DNA from: Pecten maximus
Taxonomy: Eukaryota
Assembly (NCBI RefSeq): GCF_902652985.1
Contig: NC_047024.1
Coordinates: 13,950,001 to 14,014,000 of the forward strand
Direction of reading: 5' to 3'
DNA: 64,000 nt
Shown piece by piece: positions 41,955-54,800 of the stretch. Each line of letters opens with the position of its first letter. Within the stretch, counting starts at the first letter, position 1. The notes under the pieces were generated by a model. That model saw only the letters and a program-made list of their open reading frames with translations, did no database searches and was not told the origin of the DNA. The translations under genes and the position numbers were made by a program.

Positions 41955-42290
41955 AATAGAGTTAGCCGGAAAACCTAGGATATGGAGATACTAGATTTAG
42001 CCGGAAAACCTGGGATATGGAGATACTAGAGTTAGCCGGAAAACCTGGGATATGGAGATACTAGAGTTAGCCGGAAAACCTAGGATATAGAGATACTAGA
42101 GTAGGCCGGAAAACCTGGGATATGGAGATACTAGAGTTAGCCGGAAAACCTGGGATATGGAGATACTAGAGTTAGCCGGAAAACCTGGGATATGGAGATA
42201 CTAGAGTAGTCCGGAAAACCTGGGATATGGAGATACTAGAGTAGGCCGGAAAACCTGGGATATGGAGATACTAGAGTAGGCCGGACAACA
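41955..42290. repeat. 35-bp minisatellite (~9 copies), related to the 45345-48495 array
   Basis: Unit GAGTTAGCCGGAAAACCTGGGATATGGAGATACTA shares CTGGGATAyGGAGATACTAGAG with the larger array. Confidence 0.95.
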
Positions 42291-43402
42291 GAGTTTTTGG
42301 GGGTTTTTTTTCGGTTTCAAATTGAATTTCATTCATCCTAGCAAAGTTGAGGGATGGTAGGTTTGGGACCCAGGGTTCAACCCTCTTACAACATGAAGCC
42401 TCTCACAGGAGGTCTCTTTCACATCTTTCACACGTTCATTTTCATTTCGTCCCATTTACTCGTTTTATAGAGAAAAAGAAATATTCGTTCTACATTCATT
42501 CATACAGTAATTTTTTCAACAAAGCAAAGAGGGGGCTACATTTACATACATTCATGCTAAGAGCTACACAGCTTTTTATTTATATATTATTTTTCAATTT
42601 AACGATAAGATATAATTTTTCAAAAACTCTCCAAAAAGGGAGACTATAATGTGTAATAATGTATGTGTGCATATGCTGTATCACCAATAGGAAACCTTAA
42701 TAAAAAAAATAGACGGCACATTTACTTTACTAGGAATGATAACGAAAAAGGACAAACACGGAAAAGGAAAATTTGAGTATTAATAAATATATAATATACA
42801 AATGGCACAATACATTTACATTATCCGCCATATTTAGTACAAAAAACGCCTAATAATTATTTTTTTGAAAACTCATTATGTATGGTCTGTTGTTACAAAG
42901 AGACACCCATATTCCTTGTACTATTTATATAGAATAATTTTAAGTTGTAAGGGCATATTTTTTTTAATTTCAATGCTTCACAGAATAAAAGTACTAGCTA
43001 AGTTAGGGCGAATACAGAATATGCACTTTCATATCTACATGAAAATATTACACTAACTCCACAGCACAAAGAAAAAAGGCGAAACAAAAAAAGAAGAAAT
43101 AAAACAAAACAAAAATACAACGTCATAATTTAATGCATAAACTCTGTCTATACACCTTTACAACCTTTACACAGATGTATTCAGTCATCTATATCAACAT
43201 TGCGCATTCATTCACACATGCTGTCTTATCATACATACTTGCATGCATTACTATATATTTACCATTGTATGGCACTGCCACTATATAACCCTACCAATTC
43301 AGTTGCGAGTTCACCAGCTTATGAACTGCCAACTGAAATTTGAATTTGAAAATTTCAAAAAAAAAAATCGCACGACAAATAAAAAATCGCAGATGGTAAA
43401 TA

Positions 43403-43572
43403 TAAGCATTGAACGGCTTTCAGTTGGCATTCATAGTCAATATGAATGCCAACTGGACAGAGGCATATTCAACATGAAGCGCTAGCGCACTACATTTGTA
43501 CATGGAATTTGCCTCTGTCCCGTTGGCATTCATATTGACTATGAATGCCAACTGAAGGCCGTTCAATGCTTA
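43403..43572. repeat. ~73-bp inverted repeat whose arms each contain their own hairpin
   Basis: Arms 43403-43476 and 43501-43572; internal CAGTTGGCATTCATA-gtcaa-TATGAATGCCAACTG. Confidence 0.9.
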
Positions 43573-43949
43573 ATTGTATATGATATATAAAATATACAGC
43601 ACAGAAAAAAAACATGACAAAAAAAATATCCACTGTGTTGCCATAAAGGTCAGTTGAGACTGGCATCATTGTACATACATTATATATAGGAATAATCTTA
43701 AATTGTACACTCTTACACTCACACATACACACCCACTGATAGTCTGATACACACACACACACACACACATCCAAATATACATATATTAACTTCTGGTAGT
43801 TTAGATGATATAAGGTGTTTTTAAACCGTTAAATTCCTTGTGCCACATGCACTGGGGATACAAATATAACATTAAAAGCACGTTTTCAAAGAAGAAAAAA
43901 GACAATGAAATGGTATACCTGTACAAAAATGAGAAAGAGAGCACAAAAA

Positions 43950-45345
43950 ATTAATTGTTAAGGGAGAACCATTTCTGGTTAAATATATCCATAGAATTGT
44001 TTTATATAGCAAAACTTCTCTCTATCTGCTTTATTTTTTTAAATTGTTTCTTGCTACCATCAAAAGTTGGTAGGGTCCATCTGAAGCGACAATTATAAAT
44101 AAAATATTCAATTATCAATATAAGTAGTTTGTTATTGGCGGTCCTTTGTCACAAAAAAATAGTACGTCTTTGATCCCCATCTGGCCCGTTATTCTAAAAT
44201 TAGTCTGGTTTATATTATTCAATCAATTTCACAGTTCAATCCATATTCTATCTACTTTTCTACAATAAAAAAAATAAGTGTTCATGAGTTTCAGGGGAAT
44301 CTCTACAAAAGGTACATAAACTATCATCAATTGCTTTAATTTGATATACACGTAGAAAAGTATTTGTAGTAAAAATCCTATGAAGAATTTTAAAATGTTG
44401 ATTTTAAAACTTTGTATCCATAGTATTTTAAAACTTATTCTATAAATTGTATTCCAATCAAATTCCTCATTTGGATTTATATTAAATTTACGTATCCATT
44501 TCTCTTGCTTTTCTATATGGTATTGTAAGAGATTTGTATACATATTTAAGATCTTTCATTTCAATAACTTTTTTAAAAAAATCTGTACTTCTTCCTGTGA
44601 CATTTTCTCTTCTCAAACGATTTTATTTTTCCCTTGGTATCTTCCCAACTAATGAAAAATATTGTAAAAAACTGAGATTATTACATTTTATCTTAACCGT
44701 ATTGAAAAGTAGAACATGTAAGTTATTATCTAAAAAAATCTTTAACTAGTTTAATTCCATTCATTTCATACACAGGAAAAATGTCTAAAGAGAGGAAGAG
44801 GTACATAATTTGAAATATCCTCCTCGAGGACAGTTGATGGGTCTTCATCCTTATATTCTGCCCTTTCTAATATGTCATCTTTCCAAAAAGTATTAGTTAA
44901 GTTTTTTGCTATTTCTTCTAGTTTTATTTTCCTCGGGCTCCACATCCTTTCCCCTCCAAAAATAAAGTTTGTCTTTGCTAAGTATTGCCAGTCACTGGCT
45001 TCATTATATAGCCTTTTAATCAATTTTTTTTTAATACTTCATATAACTTTTAATATGTATCATCTTTAATCCATCTTCTTCATAATCCAGAATCATTGTA
45101 TTTCGTTTAATTTTGTCCCGTTTATATCCCCATATGAACCTGTCGAAAACTGAGTTTATTTCATTTATCCATTTTTTGTCAGGGTTTGGCAGAAAATGAA
45201 TTATATGTGTTATAAGAAGCCGTGCAAGTGTTTTGATAACAGTAATTTTCCCCAGTAGAGTAAGGTTTCTTTTTGACCACATTCCAAGAAGGTTTTTTTT
45301 AATTTTGACAACTTTTCCTTATACATTAAATTCCATAATATCTGA
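43950..45345 (-). mobile_element. Decayed, 5'-truncated L1/Tx1-clade LINE ORF2 (post-RT region and CCHC zinc finger); 3' UTR may extend to ~42290
   Basis: WSKRNLTLLGKITVIKTL...LPNP...FIWGYKRDKIKR...GLKM (45031-45282); DWNTIY, FKILHRI and CTFC..ETHEHLF.C (zf-RVT-like) across frameshifts at ~44230-44540; multiple stops and frameshifts. Confidence 0.85.
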
Positions 45346-48300
45346 CGGAGAGCAAAGCTGGGATACGGAGATACTAGATTGGACTGGAGAACAAAGCTGG
45401 GATACGGAGATACTAGAGTGGACTGGAGAGAAAAGCTGGGATACGGAGATACTAGAGCGGACTGGAGAACAAAGCTGGGATACGGAGATACTAGAGTGGT
45501 CGGGGAACAAAGCTGGGATACGGAGATACTAGAGTGGTCGGGGAACAAAGCTGGGATACGGAGATACTAGAGTGGTCGGGGAACAAAGCTGGGATACGGA
45601 GATACTAGAGTGGACTAGAGAACAAAGCTGGGATACGGAGATACTAGAGTGGACTGGAGAACAAACCTGGGATACGGAGATACTAGAGTGGTCGGGGAAC
45701 AAAGCTGGGATACGGAGATACTAGAGTGGACTGGAGAACAAAGCTGGGATACGGAGATACTAGAGTGGTCGGGGAACAAAGCTGGGATACGGAGATACTA
45801 GAGTGGACTGGAGAACAAAGCTGGGATACGGAGATACTAGAGTGGTCGGGGAACAAAGCTGGGATACGGAGATACTAGAGTGGTCGGGGAACAAAGCTGG
45901 GATACGGAGATACTAGAGTGGACTGGAGAACAAATCTGGGATACGGAGATACTAGAGTGGACTGGAGAACAAAGCTGGGATACGGAGATACTAGAGTGGA
46001 CTGGAGAACAAAGCTGGGATACGGAGATACTAGAGTGGACTGGAGAACAAACCTGGGATACGGAGATACTAGAGTGGTCGGGGAACAAAGCTGGGATACG
46101 GAGATACTAGAGTGGACTGGAGAGCAAAGCTGGGATACGAAGATACTAGAGTGGACTGGAGAACAAAGCTGGGATACGGAGATACTAGAGTGGACTGGAG
46201 AGGAAAGCTGGGATACGGAGATACTAGAGTGGACTGGAGAACAAAGCTGGGATACGGAGATACTAGAGTGGACTGGAGAACAAAGCTGGGATACGGAGAT
46301 ACTAGAGTGGACTGGAGAGCAAAGCTGGGATACGGAGATACTAGAGCGGACTGGAGAGCAAAGCTGGGATACGGAGATACTAGAGTGGTCGGGGAACAAA
46401 GCTGGGATACGGAGATACTAGAGTGGTCGGGGAACAAAGCTGGGATACGGAGATACTAGAGTGGACTGGAGAGCATAACTGGGATACGGAGATACTAGAG
46501 TGGTCGGGGAACAAAGCTGGGATACGGAGATACTAGAGTGGACTGGAGAGCATAACTGGGATACGTAGATACTAGAGTGGTCGGGGAACAAAGCTGGGAT
46601 ACGGAGATACTAGAGTGGTCGGGGAACAAAGCTGGGATACGGAGATACTAGAGTGGACTGGAGAACAAAGCTGGGATACGGAGATACTAGAGTGGACTGG
46701 AGAGCATAACTGGGATACGGAGATACTAGAGTGGTCGGGGAACAAAGCTGGGATACGGAGATACTAGAGTGGACTGGAGAGCATAACTGGGATACGTAGA
46801 TACTAGAGTGGTCGGGGAACAAAGCTGGGATACGGAGATACTAGAGTGGTCGGGGAACAAAGCTGAGTTACGGAGATACTAGAGTGGTCTGGAGAGCATA
46901 ACTGGGATACGGAGATACTAGAGTGGTCGGGGAACAAAGCTGGGATACGGAGATACTAGAGTGGACTGGAGAGCATAACTGGGATACGGAGATACTAGAG
47001 TGGACTGGAGAACAAAGCTGGGATACGGAGATACTAGAGTGGTCGGGGAACAAAGCTGGGATACGGAGATACTAGAGTGGACTGGAGAACAAATCTGGGA
47101 TACGGAGATACTAGAGTGGACTGGAGAACATAGCTGGGATACGGAGATACTAGAGTGGTCGGGGAACAAAGCTGGGATACGGAGATACTAGAGTGGTCGG
47201 GGAACAAAGCTGGGATACGGAGATACTAGAGTGGACTGGAGAACAAAGCTGGGATACGGAGATACTAGAGTGGTCGGGGAACAAAGCTGGGATACGGAGA
47301 TACTAGAGTGGACTGGAGAGCATAGCTGGGATACGTAGATACTAGAGTGGACTGGAGAGCATAGCTTGGATACGAAGATACTAGAGTGGACTGGAGAACA
47401 AAGCTGGGATACGGAGATACTAGAGTGGACTGGAGAGAAAAGCTGGGATACGGAGATACTAGAGTGGACTGGAGAGCAAAGCTGGGATACGGAGATACTA
47501 GAGCGGACTGGAGAGCAAAGCTGGGATACGGAGATACTAGAGTGGTCGGGGAACAAAGCTGGGATACGGAGATACTAGAGTGGACTGGAGAGAAAAGCTG
47601 GGATACGGAGATACTAGAGTGGACTGGAGAGCATAGCTGGGATACGAAGATACTAGAGTGGTCGGGGAACAAAGCTGGGATACGGAGATACTAGAGTGGT
47701 CGGGGAACAAAGCTGGGATACGGAGATACTAGAGTGGACTGGAGAGAAAAGCTGGGATACGGAGATACTAGAGTGGACTGGAGAGCATAGCTGGGATACG
47801 AAGATACTAGAGTGGTCGGGGAACAAAGCTGGGATACGGAGATACTAGAGTGGACTGGAGAGCATAGCTGGGATACGGAGATACTAGAGTGGTCGGGGAA
47901 CAAAGCTGGGATACGGAGATACTAGAGTGGACTGGAGAGCATAGCTTGGATACGAAGATACTAGAGTGGACTGGAGAACAAAGCTGGGATACGGAGATAC
48001 TAGAGTGGACTGGAGAGCAAAGCTGGAATACGGAGATACTAGAGTGGTCGGAGAACAAAGCTGGGATACGGAGATACTAGAGTGGTCGGGGAACAAACCT
48101 GGGATACGGAGATACTAGAGTGGTCGGGGAACAAAGCTGGGATACGGAGATACTAGAGTGGACTGGAGAACAAAGCTGGGATACGAAGATACTAGAGTGG
48201 TCGGGGAACAAACCTGGGATACGGAGATACTAGAGTGGTCGGGGAACAAAGCTGGGATACGGAGATACTAGAGTGGACTGGAGAGCAAAGCTGGGATACG

Positions 48301-48495
48301 GAGATACTAGAGTGGTCGGGGAACAAAGCTGGGATACGGAGATACTAGAGTGGTCGGGGAACAAAGCTGGGATACGGAGATACTAGAGTGGACTGGAGAG
48401 AAAAGCTGGGATACGGAGATACTAGAGTCGACCGGACAAAAAAGCTGGGATTCGGTGATAATAGAGAAGGCCGGACAAAAAAGCTGGGATTCGGT
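45345..48495. repeat. 38/39-bp minisatellite (~80 copies)
   Basis: Interspersed variants GAGTGGACTGGAGAACAAAGCTGGGATACGGAGATACTA (39 bp) and GAGTGGTCGGGGAACAAAGCTGGGATACGGAGATACTA (38 bp). Confidence 0.97.
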
Positions 48496-49562
48496 GAGAG
48501 TGGGGTTTTGTGAATTTGATGTTTGAACTAGTTTTAACCAATGTAACTCGAGTGTAGCATACACTAATAGAATACAATTAAAATGGATTCTTAGTGCTAA
48601 CACATAAACGACAATAATTGTAAAATGATATCTGTGTTATTTGGTACAAATAATCAAATTCTTACAAGCCATTGGCGAATTGAACAGCCTGCGTCGTGGT
48701 AAAAAGTGTTATCTAACAGAGCAGATTCTGTCCCCTGGCCCCCAGCCTATCGCTGCTATCGTTGTATTCTGGCTGTGTGTCGATCTACATGTATCGGAGG
48801 TTAAAACAAAGCGCTTTGCATCACTCTAAACTAGCTTGCGTGTAATTTTACCAATCGATAAACATTTCTGCTGATTCAGCCATCCTCCTTCATTATTCGG
48901 TATTGGTTGTATTGATGCACAGCCAAACAAGCTAACTTCGTTACGTCTATCAAACGCATGGAGGACCAGTACCATAATTACCCATGATGCCATCCGTCAG
49001 CGGGATATTAACAGCAGTCACGTGGGTATAATTGGAACTATTGCTCTTAATACACTTTGCTGTCAACATGATATTTTCATTTTGAACTCGTTTTATAGAC
49101 AAAACTTGGAGTGAATGCAAGATGTACAATAGGTATTCTCCCATCCCTATCAAACCCAGGGGAGACGGGACGGAATGGCAGATCTATCGTTATCACCACA
49201 AACTGAATCTCCTATCAACTATCCTGAAATTTGAATATCACCCTCGCCACTTTTCATCGTTGTAGTGGCAGAACTCTTCTGCCTCAAAACTTTAAGACAC
49301 ACTCCACTATCAATGTAACACAGTACTAGTACCCATACCACAGTAGCTGCTACCTATTAACTCGTCCAGGCTGAATTTTACGCGTTCGATAAAGTGTTTG
49401 TCTGAAACCTAGTGGCCCCGGGTTCGATCCCCTGTGACAAATATGCCCGTGTAGGGGAAATATTCAGTCTTCCTCCAAAAGCATCGCTATAAAATTTGAA
49501 ATCTAGAGCACGATTTCTTTCCGGGAGGTAAATACTACATTGTGGCTCGGCAAGAGGTATTT

Positions 49563-49632
49563 TCTCTTTAGCTCATTCTGTAGAGCGGAAGTAGTAATCC
49601 TGGGGTCGTGGGTTCGATGCCAAGCGGAAGCT
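49563..49632 (+). pseudogene. tRNA-like pseudogene or SINE head
   Basis: TAGCTCATTCTGTAGAGCG (A-box-like), AGT loop, GGGTTCGATGCC (B box); stems broken; a second B box GGTTCGATCCC at ~49421. Confidence 0.5.
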
Positions 49633-51562
49633 TTGATATGAATATAATTTAGTGACCTCACTTATTCCTCACTACCAAATTAAAGTAGAATATAACCGAG
49701 TACAGCCACCCACACTTACGACATCGGTACAGAAATGAGCATGTAGCTATGAGGGGGCGAGTTTGAAACATGAACATTTTATCATACAATGTGTGAGAGT
49801 GTAGCAATCCATTTGTTGGCATGGAAACTGTAACGACATCAAACGAGCGTTTCTATTTCACAGAGTAAAATTGCATGTTACCCGTAACAACGTCAAACAA
49901 AGTAATTTCTGTTTACCAATCCACACAACAGACCACTGCAATATAGGCGCTTTCACCTGCATCTTCATATAACCATTTTCTCCGCAATCTCGGTAAAATC
50001 TGCTTCCAAAAGACCTTGAGTAGAACAACAAAGGCGAAAACGACATGATTGTCAGAATGATGACGTCACATACATTAACATTGCATTAAACGGCACCAAC
50101 ACGTTCGGTATATTTACATTTGCTCCGCATTTCCCCATTGACACAATGCTAAGAGGCAGTTGCCACCATACGCCTATAACACCCAGTGCCTCAGGCTATA
50201 ACACCCAGTGGGTCATGTGACATTAAAAAAGGCGGGATTATTTTGTGTTGGTTTAGTTTTTTTCAAAGTTGACGAAATGGTAAGACAATGTAAATATAAC
50301 AACATTACAACCACTGTTCATTGCTTAAAGAAATACGACAGGCAAAGCCACGCTATTCTGTCGCATGGTTATACATGTTCTGTGAAGTATAATATCACGT
50401 GATGTGCATGGAAGGTCATGTGGTGCTCGAAGTTCAGCGATTACGGTTTTGCTTTAAAAGATCACGTGATGTATTGTATAGGGACATATGGTATACGATA
50501 TTCTACGATGTAGTTCAAGCAATGGTAATATTGTGATTAATCGCAAACATTGCGATATCACACAGTATCAGAACCCATCACACGTAGAGAATGGTAACCA
50601 TGTACCAGGGCGCCTATGATTTACGAAGCGAATGGGATGAATTATTTAGGACAATAGCCGGGAGTGTTCGGGATGTGTGAAGATCAATAACTGGTATCTA
50701 TGGTAATGGCGTGTACCTCACGGAATACCTTAAAGAGTAAAAATACACCTTCAAATGATAGGAATAGTTTGAATGGGTGACAGCAATACTTGTTAAGTAT
50801 GCCTCCATTCATTAAATGGTCGAGCATAAGTGCACTAATTAGCACCATATGATTTTGACTCTGCTCTTTATCATAATTTGAATATCCCCCCTCTGTACTG
50901 GTATCAACCACGTGACCGCTAAGAGTTCCCCACTTTAATGTGCATGCACGTATGTCTACGTTTGGCTAATAAACGAACTTGTCCATATCTTGCTTTTGGT
51001 TCATCAAATACACTTTCCATATACTGCGTTACTTTGATTCCAACTCGAACAGACAGAATGAATATACCTAACCTTAAATCCCATTGTCTGCCAAATATAC
51101 GGTACAATGTATACAGGAAATGCATCTGTTGTTAGTCAAACTGCTATGACTGACACATTTTATTTTCTGGCGATCTTGATTTTGGTATAATACGTAGTCG
51201 CATGGTCTGTATTAAACGTGGATGTTTAGCCGTGAGAGATAACCACTATTTAATTATTACACCAATAGTGGCGATATCGATTGATAGGTTGCTATCTGAT
51301 GGGCTTACTATCTATGAAGCGGTCACTTACAGCGATCTCGGCGTGTTGTGGTCAGTAATTGCTAGTTCTGTCGGTCTCAATATTCCAGCCAGACTCAGCC
51401 TGCGTCTGACAGCGTTAGAAAGTCACCCTTCCCCCGATCCCTACCCCTCCTTCTCCCCTTCCTTCTGTATTCCTCAGTCTCTGTTACGGCTACCATTATC
51501 TCCACAACTGCGTAATCGGTTGTCCCCATCAGGCCGCCATTATTCATTAACCTTTATTACAG

Positions 51563-51853
51563 CTGAGTTGCTGTCTATTTCAGAGACCTCCTCATTTCAT
51601 GTATTTACAGACGATAACCAAACAGTAGATGATGTCATTGATTTGGACGATTCCACCGCCACAGGAAATGAGTCGCTTCTAGAGGCAGCAGACGGAAAAA
51701 TCATCTTCGAAACATACCCAACAAAGCTGGTAGAATCTTCACGTGATATTATCAGCGATGACGTCGATGGATTTATTGGTTCCGGTTCCGGTTTTGAAGA
51801 AGAACAGAGCAATGTCACGGAAGTGGAAACTTTCACGTCTCTGAAAACATCAG
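51563..51853 (+). CDS. Exon: acidic Ser/Thr-rich region with DGFIGSGSGFEEE
   Basis: ttattacAG acceptor (alternative in-frame ttcAG would start at 51584), G|gtcggt donor; 3' part of ORF 51202-51861. Confidence 0.75.
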
Positions 51854-54800
51854 GTCGGTGACATTATTATTTACTTGACGTGTGCTGTAACAATTGATCA
51901 GTGTGGGTTCCATGTCGCAGAAAGGGAAGTCACTCTTTAAGTCACCATACAACTAAACGCTGCTGTATCTCCCCAAATTGGTAGAAATAATCGTGTCTAG
52001 CAGCCATTTCTCATCGTGTTCTTCATACAATTGGATAACCTAATTTCGGAGATGTTTAGCTACTTTATAAGGTTCCTTTTTTCACAGAACAACTTGAGAA
52101 ATACCAGGGCTGGGAGCTCTAGTTCATTTCTCTGACGTAATATCTCGTCTTGCATTCTTTTCCATTTCGAGCCGTTTTAACTTTTTTTTGTTTACGACTG
52201 CCTTCTTTTTCAGACATACGATCAATGAAAAACGTTTACTTAATTCGTCCTAGTATTGTCTTCATATGTCTGTCGTCACGTCTGATATGATTACGTGTTT
52301 ATTTACATGTAACAGGTCCAACGGACACTACCCCATATGTGACGTCAGCCCCTGTCACTGAGGAACGTGACGACGATGACGTGGAGGCGTCGGCCAACAC
52401 GGAGATTGTAACCATGAGAGACGATAGCGTCACCGAGGAACCAAGTACGTCATTGTTATATGTTTATATTCTAAGTGTTGATTCTTTATATGAACATACA
52501 AAGTGAAAACAACAAACATTTGACGATGAAAACACCGTGAATGCAATGTGAAAATATCGTTTCATGTTCAGATTTTCCACACAATGCATCAGTTAAATAT
52601 TAATACGCCAGAAAAATAGTCCGCGTTTCATTATCTTGAGTGGTGTTCTCTTTGCCATTTATTCTCATGAAATAAATCTAATTTACCATTTACCACGAAT
52701 CATGTTATGTGATGTCTTACAAAAAGAAAAAGAAAAAAAAACTTTTAAAATGTGGAGGGACACGGTAAACATGGCAAGGTGCATTGGCGGGATCACCGGC
52801 TGTTCCATCAATTTTGCATTGTTCATATATAGCTATCAAAAGTTATAAAAAATAAAAATAACTCTTTATTCCAAATAATCAAATCTACATCATAATGTAA
52901 ATATATGAATTGAATGGGGTTTTTTTTTTCTTTTTGAATAGAGCATAATGTATATATGTTAGTAACTTATTTAGATTAAAACCAAAGCAATATACGTACA
53001 AAGTACATTAGGTGTTACCAATATTATAAACGCAATTTAATTAACAACAATCTTTTTTAATTTCAGATGTGTTTGACGATGCTGACAAAATTCCAAGCTG
53101 TACGTATCATACTGTGTTCTTTGTCTATCATCTATCTATTAAAATTCATCACGTAATCGGCATGTTATCCCGTTTATGTCACCTATGTAATATACCCTAG
53201 AAGGTTTTCCATTGATTGTGCCAATCGTAATATGGACAATGGCGGGACGTTATGCATTGTAAATGGTGCAACAAAATGGCTGTCTCCATTTAAATAAAAT
53301 CTTACACATTTTCACTTTACTTATGTCAAAATATAAGTATTCTGAGTTACACATGTATGTGATAAAAGGTATCTTATTGCTAATCATTTCATATGAAATT
53401 TTATGAAACTCTTTTCGAAAGATTCAATTTTTAGTCGCCGAGACTCGTAAACATGAAAGCCTCTAAGATTCGTTTTATAAAAGATATCCTATTTTGATCA
53501 AACCCAGAATGATACTTGAATGGTACTTCAATACAATGGTATTCCCCTTATTATCCGTTTAAATGCTGAAGAGATGCTTGCAATAATGGCTGACGATTGC
53601 GTGCATTGGTATTTCCAAAAATGTCAATTTGACAAATAAACTATCTATTTGTAACTACCAGAGTACCAACTATGCTAATTTCACTTTCACTAACGAGATA
53701 CTTACAGTAATTACATTTGCCTTTTATTCTGTTTAGTCTTGTACACTGTGTTTTCTACTATATTGCACAGAAGTCTGGGGTCTTGAAAATTCTTGGCATG
53801 ATACGAAAAGAGTTCCTGTGACCAGTAGCCTACGGCCCCTGCATTTGCCTTTAGAACAAAAATAAGAACTCGTTTTATTTACATATGTATATATTGTTGG
53901 TATGGATATAGAGGCTTTCCGCATCAATCAATTTTCCTAATAATGAATAAATGTGTATTTCCTATTTCCGTTACAGTTCTCAAACTATGTGAGAAGAAAA
54001 ACTGCAGATATGGTGGAGTGTGCGTTCGAACTGGAGATGAAAATGTGGAATGCGCATGCCCAGTGCAATGCGGAAATGAGTTCGGAAATCAGCTGTGTGG
54101 CTCTGACGGGACACTTTACCCTAGCCCGTGTCACATGGAACAACAGGCATGCGAACAACAACGGAACATCACGCGCGCCGATTACCGCGCATGTAAGTTA
54201 TTCTTCTGACTAGGTATGGTATTTTAGTGTGATGTAACTATAAGATTACCCGGACTTGTTTCCATCATCCATGAAACTGTAAAAGTAGTCATCTTACTAA
54301 CCCTGACATGTGGAATTTCCCTTTAGCCTAGTGGTAAGATGTTTGCCTTGACACAAATACAAGTTCCTGTTGTGTTTGTTGGTTTGTCGTACAGGAGAGT
54401 AAAGACGCAGTACCCAGCATATACGTGTATGCTATAAAGCCAGGGGAGCTGCTTAGCACTCCCCTCAGGGCAGTGTCTACCTGAGGTTTTAAACTGTTGA
54501 ATACTCTCCTCGGTGCAGTGTCTACCTGGGATTTTAAACTGTTGAATACTCCCCTCAGGGCAGTGTTTACCTGGGATTTTAAACTGTTGAATACTCCCCT
54601 CAGGGCAGTGTTTACCTGAGGTTTTAAACTGTTGAACACTCTCCTCGGGGCAATGTCTACCTGAGGTTTTAAACTGTTGAACACTCTCCTCGGGGCAATG
54701 TCTACCTGAGGTTTTAAACTGTTGAACACTCTCCTCGGGGCAGTGTCTACCTGAGGTTTTAAACTGTTGAACACTCTCCTCGGGGCAGTGTCTACCTGAG

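Noticed and set aside
45210-48603. Many overlapping repetitive ORFs, or a possible CRISPR array
   Set aside because: Head-to-tail minisatellite with no unique spacers and no cas genes; frames shift with the 38/39-bp variants
49563-49632. Functional tRNA gene
   Set aside because: Acceptor and anticodon stems do not pair; kept only as a pseudogene or SINE head
51202-51562. N-terminal part of the 219-aa ORF as the gene's start
   Set aside because: No signal peptide, and a branch point/acceptor lies at 51545-51562; probably intron read-through, though not excluded
53977-54192. Calling the gene agrin or tomoregulin
   Set aside because: Only one FS domain was found; no laminin-EGF, SEA, LamG or TM exons, and downstream exons are TSP1 and ENDOD1-like
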